Shown here piece after piece: positions 17,335 to 26,866 of a DNA stretch of 64,000 nucleotides (position 1 is its first letter; each line of letters opens with the position of its first letter). Source of the DNA: Caulobacterales bacterium (GTDB lineage: Bacteria; Pseudomonadota; Alphaproteobacteria; Caulobacterales; Aquidulcibacteraceae); the NCBI GenBank assembly GCA_035549695.1, contig DASZQK010000003.1, positions 4,833-68,832 of the forward strand, given 5' to 3'. Below the pieces are notes generated by a model. It did not search any database. It saw only the letters and a list, made by a program, of their open reading frames with translations, and was not told the DNA's origin. A program made the translations under genes and the position numbers.

Positions 17335-19055
17335 CAGTGGCTCTCACGCGGAATGTCGGCGCCGCGGCAGCCGACGAGGAAGTCGAGATCGGCGCCCTTG
17401 TCAGCACCAAGCACGCGTTCGACGTAGAGGCTCTGATAGCCGCCTTCCATGGAGGGGGCGGGCGGCCGCCATTGCGCCCGCCGCTGCGCCAGTTCGGCGT
17501 CGCTGACCTCGAGCTGCAGCGTGCGCGCGGCCACGTCGAGAGCGATGATGTCGCCGTTGCGCACGAGGGCCAGCGGCCCGCCGCTCGCCGCTTCCGGCGC
17601 CGCGTGCAGAACGACCGTGCCGTAGGCCGTGCCGGACATGCGCGCATCAGAGATGCGCACCATATCGCGTATGCCTTTCTTCAGAACCTTTTCAGGCAGC
17701 GGCATGTTGCCGACCTCGGGCATGCCCGGATAGCCTTTCGGTCCGCAATTTTTCAGCACCATGACGCTGTTCTCGTCGACATCCAAGGCGGGATCGTCGA
17801 CGCGCGCCTTATAGTCCTCGATGCTTTCGAAGACGACGGCGCGGCCGCGATGGCGCATCAGGTGCTCGCTGGCGGCGGAGGGTTTAAGCACGGCGCCGTT
17901 GGGCGCGAGATTGCCGCGCAGCACGGCAATGCCGCCATGCGCGGTCAGCGGATTGTCCCGCGTGCGGATAACGTCGTCGTTGAACACGCGCGCGTCGGCG
18001 ATGTTGTCGCCGATGCTGCGGCCGGTGACGGTGAGCGCGCCAAGATGGAGCATCTCGCGGATGCGCGTCATCAGCGCGGGAATTCCGCCAGCATAGCAGA
18101 AATCCTCCATGAGAAAGCGGCCCGAGGGCATGAGATCGACGAGTGTTGGCACGTCGCGGCCCAGCCGGTCCCAATCATCGAGGGTCAAATCCACGCCCAC
18201 GCGGCCGGCAAGCGCGAGCAGGTGTACGACTGCGTTGGTGGAGCCGCCGATGGCGCCGTTCACGCGAATGGCGTTTTCAAATGCCGGTTTGGTGAGGATT
18301 TGCGAGGGCTTCAGGTCCTCGTGCACCATTTGCACGATGCGCCGGCCGGACAGATGCGCGAGGCGGCTGCGACGCGCGTCGACCGCGGGATAGGCCGCAT
18401 TTTCCGGAAGCGTCATGCCGAGCGCTTCGGCCATCGAGGCCATCGTCGAAGCCGTTCCCATCGTCATGCAATGGCCGGCCGAGCGCGATTGTCCGCTTTC
18501 GGCAGCGCGGAAGTCCTCCTTCGACATCACGCCCGCGCGCACGTCCTCGGAGAATTTCCACACGCTCGTCCCGGACCCGATCGTCTCGCCGCGGAAGCGC
18601 CCATTGAGCATGGGCCCGCCGGAAATCATCAGCGCCGGCAGATCGCAGCTCGCCGCGCCCATCAGCAAGGAGGGCGTGGTCTTGTCGCAGCCCGCCATCA
18701 GCACGACGCCGTCGATCGGATTGCCGCGTATGCTCTCCTCGACGTCCATCGACGCGAGATTGCGAAACAGCATGGCGGTGGGGCGAAGATTGGTTTCCCC
18801 GCACGAGAACACGGGAAACTCCAGCGGCAGGCCGCCGGCCTCCCAGACACCGTTCTTCACATGCTGCGCGAGTTCGCGGAAATGCCGGTTGCAGGGCGTC
18901 AGTTCGGAATAGGTGTTGCAAATGCCGATGACCGGGCGTCCGTCGAAAACATCGTCGGGCAGGCCGCCATTCTTCATCCAGCTGCGGTGTATGAAGGCGT
19001 CGCGGTCGTCGCCGCCGAACCAGGCTTGTGAACGCAGACGCTTTTTTTCGGCCAC
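17334..19055 (-). CDS. IlvD/Edd-family sugar-acid dehydratase (L-arabinonate/D-galactonate type)
   Basis: RLRSQAWFG, RPVIGICNTYSELTPCN, GCDKTTP, HCMTMGTASTM, GGSTNA, SDARMSGTAYG; the N-terminus resembles Azospirillum/Rhizobium L-arabinonate dehydratases. Confidence 0.93.
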   Translation of the reverse strand: MAEKKRLRSQAWFGGDDRDAFIHRSWMKNGGLPDDVFDGRPVIGICNTYSELTPCNRHFRELAQHVKNGVWEAGGLPLEFPVFSCGETNLRPTAMLFRNLASMDVEESIRGNPIDGVVLMAGCDKTTPSLLMGAASCDLPALMISGGPMLNGRFRGETIGSGTSVWKFSEDVRAGVMSKEDFRAAESGQSRSAGHCMTMGTASTMASMAEALGMTLPENAAYPAVDARRSRLAHLSGRRIVQMVHEDLKPSQILTKPAFENAIRVNGAIGGSTNAVVHLLALAGRVGVDLTLDDWDRLGRDVPTLVDLMPSGRFLMEDFCYAGGIPALMTRIREMLHLGALTVTGRSIGDNIADARVFNDDVIRTRDNPLTAHGGIAVLRGNLAPNGAVLKPSAASEHLMRHRGRAVVFESIEDYKARVDDPALDVDENSVMVLKNCGPKGYPGMPEVGNMPLPEKVLKKGIRDMVRISDARMSGTAYGTVVLHAAPEAASGGPLALVRNGDIIALDVAARTLQLEVSDAELAQRRAQWRPPAPSMEGGYQSLYVERVLGADKGADLDFLVGCRGADIPRESH

Positions 19056-19111
19056 GCGCCGTGTCTCCTTGCCCGGGCGGCCCGCCCGGCTCCTTGGGGC
19101 TTAGCAGACCC

Positions 19112-19125
19112 ATTCATATGACAAA
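19112..19125. promoter_or_regulatory. Shared operator motif copy 1 (GntR/FadR-like)
   Basis: ATTCATATGACAAA; 12/14 identical to the copy at 31541. Confidence 0.5.
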
Positions 19126-19201
19126 AGCCAGCCCGCCCGGCGAGCCAGGGAAATCCCCAGAACAGGCTTAACTTGTCCTTACACAGCTTCGGCGAAGACG
19201 T

Positions 19202-19215
19202 GTGCAGCGTTGTCA
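19202..19215. promoter_or_regulatory. LacI-family operator upstream of lacI / dehydratase operon
   Basis: Reverse complement TGACAACGCTGCAC shares its first 11 nt with the site at 20327. Confidence 0.6.
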
Positions 19216-19297
19216 GCCGCCGCGCTAGGCTTTAGGTTCCGCCACCGGCGCGGCAGGCGGATCGATTTCGCCTCAATCCAGGGAAGGACTTTGGCGC

Positions 19298-20311
19298 GTG
19301 CACAAGAAGGCCAGCATCCATGATGTGGCCGAACGCGCGGGCGTTTCGATCAAGACTGTGTCGCGGGTTCTGAACCGCGAACCCAATGTCAGCCAGGCGA
19401 CGCGCACGCGCGTGATGACGGCGGTGGAGGATCTTTCCTACCGGCCCAACCTGTTTGCGCGCGGTCTGGCCAGCGTCCGCTCGTTCCTGATCGGCCTGCT
19501 CTACGACAACCCCTCCGCCAGCTACGTGGCCGGCCTCCAATTCGGCGCGCTCGGGCGCTGCCGCAATGAAGGCTATCACCTCATCGTCGAAGTTTTGGAT
19601 TCCAAGGATCTCAATCTCGGCAAGGCGGTGCATTCGCTGGTCACGGAATCCGTGCTTCACGGCGTCATCCTTACGCCGCCCTTGTGCGATTCTCCGGCGG
19701 TTCTCGAAGCCCTGCGCGACGCAGACACGCGCTTCGTGCGCATCGCTCCGGCCCGCCACATCGCCGAAGCCCCGGAAGTGAGCATCGACGACCGCCAAGC
19801 CGCGCATGACATGACGGCCTACCTGATCGGCCTGGGGCACCGCAGGATCGGCTTCATCAAGGGCCATCCGGATCACGGCGCCTCACACGCCCGCTTCGAC
19901 GGATATTGCGCGGCGCTGCGGGAGGCGGGCATTTCTCTCGACGAATCGCTCTGTCTTCAGGGGTTTTTCTCCTACCAATCCGGCATGGAGGCGGCGGAAC
20001 GCCTGCTGACGGCCACGGAACGGCCAAGTGCGATCTTCGCCAGCAATGACGACATGGCCGCGGCGGTTTTGGCGGCGTCGCAGAAATACGACCTGCGGGT
20101 TCCGTCCGATCTTTCGGTGGCCGGGTTTGACGATTCACTCGTGTCCCAGGTCGTGTGGCCGCGTTTGACGACGTGCCGACAGCCCATTGCGGACATGGCG
20201 GCGGCGGCTGTCAGCATGCTGATCCAGCGCCCGAGCGAGGCGGTCGTCACTGCGCGCCGGCTCGAGCATGAACTGGTCATCCGCGAGTCGACCGCGCCGC
20301 CCGAAGGCTAG
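19298..20311 (+). CDS. LacI family transcriptional regulator
   Basis: SIHDVAERAGVSIKTVSRVLN HTH, YRPNLFARGL hinge, AIFASNDDMA, DLSVAGFDD. Confidence 0.96.
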   Translation: MHKKASIHDVAERAGVSIKTVSRVLNREPNVSQATRTRVMTAVEDLSYRPNLFARGLASVRSFLIGLLYDNPSASYVAGLQFGALGRCRNEGYHLIVEVLDSKDLNLGKAVHSLVTESVLHGVILTPPLCDSPAVLEALRDADTRFVRIAPARHIAEAPEVSIDDRQAAHDMTAYLIGLGHRRIGFIKGHPDHGASHARFDGYCAALREAGISLDESLCLQGFFSYQSGMEAAERLLTATERPSAIFASNDDMAAAVLAASQKYDLRVPSDLSVAGFDDSLVSQVVWPRLTTCRQPIADMAAAAVSMLIQRPSEAVVTARRLEHELVIRESTAPPEG

Positions 20312-20326
20312 TCTGCAGTTTCGCGT

Positions 20327-20340
20327 TGACAACGCTGTCA
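20327..20340. promoter_or_regulatory. LacI-family operator upstream of GH3-glk
   Basis: Near-palindrome TGACAACGCTGTCA; related site CGACAGCGCTGGTCAG at 20397..20412. Confidence 0.72.
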
Positions 20341-20487
20341 TTCGCATCATTCTGAGAGCGGACGCGTGCAGGCGACCGCGGACGATCGGGCTTCCCCGAC
20401 AGCGCTGGTCAGATATGCTGGCGTCACAAAAAGGGAGCGGGCGGGCCCAGAGGGCGCGAGCATGCTCACCAAAAAGGGGAGGACGTA

Positions 20488-23070
20488 TTGAGCGCTCATC
20501 CGATCACGAGCTTGCGCGCCGTCATGTGCGGCGCGGCCATGCTTGTTGCGCTGGGCGCATGCGCCGCTTCACAGGGCGCGTCCACCTCGCCGTCGGCGTC
20601 GCCGCCCGCCGTAGCGGAAGCTGACCGCATACACCCCGGCATCTGGCCGCAGGGACACTCCGCGGTGCAGCGCGATCCGGCCATCGAAGCACGCGTGCAG
20701 CAAATTCTCGCGCAGATGACGGTGGAGGAGAAAGTCGGCCAGGTGATCCAAGCCGATGTCAATTCGGTGACGCCGGACGACGTGCGCCAATACCATCTGG
20801 GCTCCGTGCTCAATGGCGGCAATTCGGGCCCGGGCGGCAATGACCGCGCTCCGGCGCCGGTTTGGTTGCAATACGCCGACCAATTCTACGACGCTTCGAT
20901 GCAGTCCTATCCTGGCCGCATCGCCATCCCCGTCATTTGGGGTTCGGATTCCGTCCACGGCAACGCCAACATCATCGGCGCCACGATCTTCCCGCACAAT
21001 ATCGGCCTCGGCGCCGCGCATGATCCCGATCTGTTGAAGCGCATCGGCGAGATCACGGCGCTCGAAACGCGCATTACCGGCCAGGACTGGACCTTCGCGC
21101 CAACCATCGCCGTCGTGCGTGACGACCGGTGGGGCCGCACCTACGAAGGCTATTCGGAAGATCCGCGCATCGTCGCGCTCTATGCGGCCGCGATCACGGA
21201 GGGCATTCAAGGCCGGCCGGGCGATTCCGATTTCTTGCGCGGCCCGCACGTGATCGCCACGGCGAAGCACTTCCTGGGCGACGGCGGCACGCACAACGGC
21301 CGCGATCAGGGCGACAACCAGTATTCCGAAGAACAACTGCGCGACATCTTCGCGCCCGGCTATCCGGCGGCGATCGGCGCCGGCGTGCAGACGGTGATGG
21401 CGTCCTACAATTCATGGCATGGAGTGAAGAGCCATGGTCACAAGGCGCTCTTGTCGGACGTGCTGATCGGGCGCTTCGGCCTTGAAGGTTTCGTCGTCGG
21501 CGATTGGAACGGCCACGGCCAGGTGCCCGGCTGCACGCCGACCAATTGCGCCGCCGCGTTCAATGCGGGGCTCGACATGTTCATGGCGCCCGATTCCTGG
21601 CGCGCGCTCTACACCAACACGCTGGCCTCCGTGCGCTCGGGCGAAATCCCGATGTCGCGCCTCGATGAAGCCGTGTCGCGCATCTTGCGCGTGAAATTGC
21701 GCGCGGGATTGTTCGAAGCGGGCCGCCCGTCGCAGCGTCCCTATGGCGGCCAGTTCAATATGCTGGGCTCCCCCGAGCATCGCGCCGTTGCGCGGCAGGC
21801 CGTGCGTGAATCGCTCGTGCTTCTGAAGAACGACAACCAAATCTTGCCGCTCGCCGCCCGCGCCAACGTGCTCGTGGCGGGGTCGGGCGCGGACAACATG
21901 GGCAAGCAGACCGGCGGCTGGACCATCTCCTGGCAAGGCGCCGACAACAGTCGCGCCGACTTCCCGCATGCGCAGACGATTTTCGAAGGGATACGCGAGC
22001 GCGTGCAGGCCGCCGGCGGTCGCGCCACGCTGAGCGTCGACGGCTCGTATCGCGGCCGCAGGCCCGACGTTGCGATCGTCGTGTTCGGCGAGGACCCGTA
22101 CGCGGAATTCCAGGGCGACCGTGACAATCTTGGCTACCAGCTCGATGAGCCGACGGATCTTGAATTGCTGCGCCGACTGCAAGCCGCGGGCGTTCCCGTC
22201 GTCAGCGTGTTCTTGTCGGGACGGCCGATGTACGTGACGCCTCACATCAACGCGTCGAACGCATTCATCGCGGCCTGGCTTCCGGGTTCGGAAGGCGGCG
22301 GCGTGGCCGATCTTCTGTTCCGCGCGCCGCGCGGGCGCGCGCAATTCGATTTCCGCGGCCAGCTCTCATATTCGTGGCCGCGTGCGCCGGATCAGACGCC
22401 GCTCAATGTCGGCGACGACAACTACAATCCGCTGTTTGCCTATGGCTATGGCCTCACCTATGCGCAGCCGCACAATCTCGGCCAGCTGCCCGAGGCGGCC
22501 GCGAGCAGCATCGCCTCGGCCAACACGACGCGCTATTTCGACGCCGGCGCGGCGCCCGCGCCGTGGATGCTGACATTGATCGATTCCGCCGGCGCACGCG
22601 TCACCGTCGCTTCGACCACGTCTCAGGCGCAGGTGCCGGGCCTGCGGCTTTCTCGCGTCGATCACTTGCACCAGGAAGATGCGCTGCTGGCGAATTGGGC
22701 CGGGGGAACCCGAGCGGGTGTGGCGGTGTCGGGGGCGCCGGTCGATATCTCGCGTCAGACCAACGGCGATATGAGCCTCTCGATCCAACTCCGCGTCGAC
22801 GCGGCGCCGACTTCGCCCGTGCTGCTGTCGGTCACCGACACGCAGCATCGCGCGGCGCTCGATCTCACGGATGCGCTGCGCGCGGCGCAGGGGCATGGCT
22901 GGACCACGGTTCCGATCCGTCTGTCCTGTTTCGCGGCGCAGGGAGCGGATATGTCGAAGGTTACGACGCCCTTCGAATTGTCGAGCGAAGGAAGCTTGAC
23001 CGTCGCCGTCAGCGCCGTGCGGCTGGCGGCAAGCGTTGGTCCGCCATCGTGCCCGGCGGCGGCGCATTGA
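20488..23070 (+). CDS. GH3 beta-glucosidase (exo-glucanase type) lipoprotein with C-terminal galactose-binding-like domain
   Basis: Lipobox LGAC; DSVHGNAN, TIFPHNIGLGA, RWGRTYEGYSED, AKHFLGDGG, GFVVGDW nucleophile region, VLLKN. Confidence 0.95.
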   Translation: MSAHPITSLRAVMCGAAMLVALGACAASQGASTSPSASPPAVAEADRIHPGIWPQGHSAVQRDPAIEARVQQILAQMTVEEKVGQVIQADVNSVTPDDVRQYHLGSVLNGGNSGPGGNDRAPAPVWLQYADQFYDASMQSYPGRIAIPVIWGSDSVHGNANIIGATIFPHNIGLGAAHDPDLLKRIGEITALETRITGQDWTFAPTIAVVRDDRWGRTYEGYSEDPRIVALYAAAITEGIQGRPGDSDFLRGPHVIATAKHFLGDGGTHNGRDQGDNQYSEEQLRDIFAPGYPAAIGAGVQTVMASYNSWHGVKSHGHKALLSDVLIGRFGLEGFVVGDWNGHGQVPGCTPTNCAAAFNAGLDMFMAPDSWRALYTNTLASVRSGEIPMSRLDEAVSRILRVKLRAGLFEAGRPSQRPYGGQFNMLGSPEHRAVARQAVRESLVLLKNDNQILPLAARANVLVAGSGADNMGKQTGGWTISWQGADNSRADFPHAQTIFEGIRERVQAAGGRATLSVDGSYRGRRPDVAIVVFGEDPYAEFQGDRDNLGYQLDEPTDLELLRRLQAAGVPVVSVFLSGRPMYVTPHINASNAFIAAWLPGSEGGGVADLLFRAPRGRAQFDFRGQLSYSWPRAPDQTPLNVGDDNYNPLFAYGYGLTYAQPHNLGQLPEAAASSIASANTTRYFDAGAAPAPWMLTLIDSAGARVTVASTTSQAQVPGLRLSRVDHLHQEDALLANWAGGTRAGVAVSGAPVDISRQTNGDMSLSIQLRVDAAPTSPVLLSVTDTQHRAALDLTDALRAAQGHGWTTVPIRLSCFAAQGADMSKVTTPFELSSEGSLTVAVSAVRLAASVGPPSCPAAAH

Positions 23071-23119
23071 ATACGGTGAGAATCGTGAAAGTTTTGTCTG
23101 TGAAGGCGCGGGGGCGAGA

Positions 23120-24136
23120 GTGAAGGCGACAAGACAATCCGAAGCGCCAAGCCTCGGCCTGGTCGGCGACATCGGCGGCACGCATTGCCGCTTCGCCATC
23201 ACGAGCCTTGGACAAAACGATCTTGGAGCGCCGGCCAAGTATCCCTGCGCCGACTTTCCGGACATCGTGCACGCCATCGGCGCCTACTTGAGTCACGAGC
23301 GGCGCAAGATCGAATGGGCGATGATCGCCGTCGCCGGTCCCGCGGAAAACGACGAGGTCTCCCTTACCAATCTTTCCTGGCACATTTCCGGCAGGGAGAT
23401 TGCTCAAAAGTTTGGTCTGCGCGAAGCGCGTCTCGCCAACGATTTCACCGCCATCTCGCGCGCAACGCCTCTGCTTGAGGGCGCCAATCTGGTTCAGGTG
23501 GGCGGCCCGGCCCGGCCCGATCCAAGCGCCAAGGTGGTCGCGACGATCGGCGCCGGCACGGGGCTCGGCGTCGGCGGCCTGGTCACGACGGGAGCGGCGC
23601 CGTTTCCGTTGTCCACCGAAGGCGGACACACGGCGTTCGCGCCGGTGGAGGAATTCGATTTCGAATTGCTTCGCGTGTTGCGCACGCGCTTCCAGCGCGT
23701 TTCCAACGAACGGCTGCTGAGCGGGGAAGGACTGCACAACATCTATTGGGCGATCAGCGTGCTGGAAGACGCGGCGCCTGAAAAACTCGAACCCAAGGAA
23801 ATCACGCGGCGCGCAATCGCCAAATCGGATCCGCGCTGCGTGCGAGCCGTGAAAGTATTTTGCCGCGTCCTCGGCGCGGTGGCGGGAGACGTGGCGCTGA
23901 CGCTGGGCGCGCGCGGCGGATGCTTTGTTTCGGGCGGCGTCATCCATGGCGTGATGGACGTGTTTGACCGCGCGGGATTCCGCGAGGCGTTCGAGTCCAA
24001 GGGCCGCTTCCGCCCCTACATGGAAGCCATCCCGACGTGGCTGGTGACGCATCCCTATGCGACGCTGCTCGGCTGCGCCGCGCTCGCGGGGGATGTCATC
24101 GCGCCGGCCCGCGCCGGCGTGTCGGCGAAGGTCTGA
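23120..24136 (+). CDS. glk: Glucokinase
   Basis: GDIGGTHCRFA, NDF, GAGTGLGVG, TEGGH, ERLLSGEGL, SGGV, FESKGRF. Confidence 0.95.
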   Translation: MKATRQSEAPSLGLVGDIGGTHCRFAITSLGQNDLGAPAKYPCADFPDIVHAIGAYLSHERRKIEWAMIAVAGPAENDEVSLTNLSWHISGREIAQKFGLREARLANDFTAISRATPLLEGANLVQVGGPARPDPSAKVVATIGAGTGLGVGGLVTTGAAPFPLSTEGGHTAFAPVEEFDFELLRVLRTRFQRVSNERLLSGEGLHNIYWAISVLEDAAPEKLEPKEITRRAIAKSDPRCVRAVKVFCRVLGAVAGDVALTLGARGGCFVSGGVIHGVMDVFDRAGFREAFESKGRFRPYMEAIPTWLVTHPYATLLGCAALAGDVIAPARAGVSAKV

Positions 24137-24153
24137 CGCTCAGGGTCTTCGCA

Positions 24154-24807
24154 TCAGAGAATGCTCTGACCGGTCGCCTTCCAATCCGCGGTGAACGTCT
24201 CGAGGCCTTTGTCGGTCAGGGGATGCTTGATGAGGCCATGGATGATCGCCGGCGGGATTGTCGCCACATCGGCGCCGGCGAGCGCGACCGCGGTGACGTG
24301 CAGCGACGAGCGGATCGAGGCGGCGAGGATTTCCGTTTTGAAATTGTAATTGTCGTAGATGGTGCGGATTTCGCGGATGAGTTCGGCGCCGTCGGCGCCA
24401 ATGTCGTCCAGCCTGCCGATGAACGGCGAGATGTAGGCCGCGCCGGCCTTGGCCGCCAGCAGCGCCTGATTGGCCGAGAAGCAGAGCGTCACGTTGGAAC
24501 GGACGCCTTCCTTGGCCAGCGTGCGGCAAGCTTTGAGGCCGTCCATGGTCAGCGGCAATTTCACCACGACGTTCTTGGCGATTTTGGCGAGCACGCGGCC
24601 CTCCGCCAGCATCGTCTCGTAGTCGGTCGAAGCGACTTCCGCGCTCACGTCGCCGGGAACGACGGCGCAAATGTCGGCGATGAGCTGTTTGAACGGCTTG
24701 CCCGCTTTCTTCACCAGGGAGGGATTGGTGGTGACGCCATCCAGGAGGCCGGTCTCGGCCAGATTGCGGATCTCTTCCAAATCGCCGGTGTCGACGAAGA
24801 ATTTCAT
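24154..24807 (-). CDS. tal: Transaldolase / fructose-6-phosphate aldolase (short type)
   Basis: [45 protein letters not shown]. Confidence 0.93.
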   Translation of the reverse strand: MKFFVDTGDLEEIRNLAETGLLDGVTTNPSLVKKAGKPFKQLIADICAVVPGDVSAEVASTDYETMLAEGRVLAKIAKNVVVKLPLTMDGLKACRTLAKEGVRSNVTLCFSANQALLAAKAGAAYISPFIGRLDDIGADGAELIREIRTIYDNYNFKTEILAASIRSSLHVTAVALAGADVATIPPAIIHGLIKHPLTDKGLETFTADWKATGQSIL

Positions 24808-24868
24808 GCCGTGCTCCCTTGTCGGTCGAGCTTTGATAGCGCTCCCGGCGTTCGGCGTCGAGCCAAGC

Positions 24869-26866
24869 TTAGGCCTGGAAGATCATCACAAAACCGCCAA
24901 AGGGCGCGACCGCTTCGCTGGTGCGGCGCCCAGCGCCCCGCACGCCTTGGCGGACGCCATAACCTCCGTCGGCCGCGTCGATCAGCACGGTTGGCTCGTT
25001 GCCGAGGCCGTGCAGAGAAGATAGGTCGAAGGCGAGCGTTTTCGAGCGGTCTTCGCCATTGAGTCCGGCGATATACCAGCGCGCGCCGAGGCGCCGCGCC
25101 AACACCACATCCTCGCCGGGTCTGCCCGCCAACAGGCGCGTTTCGTCCCACGCCGTAGGCACGCGGCTGAAATAGTCGCGCCAAGCTTGCGGCAGCGCCG
25201 GATAGATGGATGGCCCGTCGGCGAAATGCTGGATGCCGGATTCGAAGATCACGGCGAGCGCCGCTTCGTGCGCGTTGCTTGTGCGGCGGTTGACGGTGAG
25301 GTGCGAGAACAGGACGGGCGTGTAGTCCATTGACCCGATCACGTTGCGCATGAAGGGATGGATCGTGTTCTGCCTCGGCGCCATGAGACCATAGTCGGGC
25401 TCGGAATTGAACGAGTAGAACTCGCAGCCGCGCACCGCCTCCATGCTGATGAGATTGGGCCAGGTGCGCTGCCAGCCGCGCGGAATGGTGCAGCCATGAA
25501 AGTCGCACATGAGGTGGAATTCCGCCGCATCGTCCATGATCTCGGTATAAAGGCGGATGATCTCCTGTTTGTCGCTCTGGAAGAAATCGACCTTTACGCC
25601 TCGGACTCCCAATTGCCGCAGCCTTGCCATCTCCGCGCGGCGGCGCAGGCGATCGTCCATGATGTTGCGCGGCTGTTCGGTGACGACGTTGTGGCGGCCG
25701 CCGGAATTGTACCAGAACAGCAGGCCGATGTTTTTCGTATCCGCATAGGCGACGAGTTGCTCCATGGCGTTGTCGCCGGAGCGATTCCAGTTGGCGTCGA
25801 TCAGGGTGTAGGACCATCCCATTTCGGCGGCGAGATCGATGAAGCCGCGAAGTTTGGCCTGATCCATTCCGCTGTCGTGGTCATAAACCCAATTCCATGA
25901 AGCCGCGCCCGGCTTGATCCAGCCCGTGTCCGCTATGCGCGAGGGTTCGGCGAGGTGGAAAACGAGATTGCTCTCGACGATGTCCGCCAGCTTGTCGCTC
26001 ACCACAAGCATGCGCCATGGCATCGCCCACGGCAGCGGCGATGTCGGATAGTTCGCGCCGAAGCCGAACGATTCCGACGGCATGGGCGGTTCGATACGAT
26101 AGACGCCGTCCGGCGCATCCTTGTTGAGGCGCGAGCCGTGAAAAGTCGCGTCGAGACCGGTTTCGTGGATGAGCACGTACGCGCCGTCGAGCTCGAACAG
26201 GGAGGGAAAGCCCCAGCTCACGCCCAATTCCGCCGGCGTCGGCGTGCCGATGGGATAGCTTTCGTACGGCGTTTCGTACGAGGGGTGGTACATGTCGAAA
26301 AAGTCGTAAGCCGCGCCCCAGAAGCGTCCGCGTGCGCCCATATTGAACGCTGTCTTTTCCTCGATCATGTGATGATGGACGACGCTGGTCTCCGGCAGCA
26401 CGTAGCGGAACGCGACGCCATCCTCGTAGGCCCTGAATTCCATACGCAGGACGCGGTGCGTGGCGGCGTGCGTGAAGGTCAGCGAAAGCTGGTTGTACGC
26501 CGCCCGGTTGGCGCGCCGCTTGCCCGTGACGAGTTCATAGACATCTTCACCGCTCGCCGTCTCCGCTCCGTCGAAGCGCAGGCCGTTTGAAAAATCGGAG
26601 ATCACCGGCGTGCGCAGATCCTGGGTGTTGTAAAGCCGCGTGACGATGCCAAGATCGGACCAGCCGACGACGCGCCGGTCTCCAAGCAGTACGGAATATT
26701 GCGCTCCCGCGGCATGATCCCAGCGCACTTGGAGTTGCGTGCGCCGGCGCGGCGAGCGCAGCGACCAGGATGTCGCGCCGGGTTCGGCGCGGACGTCGAC
26801 AAATGCAGCGAAGGCGACGGCCGCCGCGCCCGCGCCCAGCGCCGTTCTACGTGTCAGTTCAGTCAT
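24869..26866 (-). CDS. GH97 alpha-glycosidase, Tat-exported
   Basis: Tat leader [10 protein letters not shown]; [60 protein letters not shown]. Confidence 0.92.
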   Translation of the reverse strand: MTELTRRTALGAGAAAVAFAAFVDVRAEPGATSWSLRSPRRRTQLQVRWDHAAGAQYSVLLGDRRVVGWSDLGIVTRLYNTQDLRTPVISDFSNGLRFDGAETASGEDVYELVTGKRRANRAAYNQLSLTFTHAATHRVLRMEFRAYEDGVAFRYVLPETSVVHHHMIEEKTAFNMGARGRFWGAAYDFFDMYHPSYETPYESYPIGTPTPAELGVSWGFPSLFELDGAYVLIHETGLDATFHGSRLNKDAPDGVYRIEPPMPSESFGFGANYPTSPLPWAMPWRMLVVSDKLADIVESNLVFHLAEPSRIADTGWIKPGAASWNWVYDHDSGMDQAKLRGFIDLAAEMGWSYTLIDANWNRSGDNAMEQLVAYADTKNIGLLFWYNSGGRHNVVTEQPRNIMDDRLRRRAEMARLRQLGVRGVKVDFFQSDKQEIIRLYTEIMDDAAEFHLMCDFHGCTIPRGWQRTWPNLISMEAVRGCEFYSFNSEPDYGLMAPRQNTIHPFMRNVIGSMDYTPVLFSHLTVNRRTSNAHEAALAVIFESGIQHFADGPSIYPALPQAWRDYFSRVPTAWDETRLLAGRPGEDVVLARRLGARWYIAGLNGEDRSKTLAFDLSSLHGLGNEPTVLIDAADGGYGVRQGVRGAGRRTSEAVAPFGGFVMIFQA

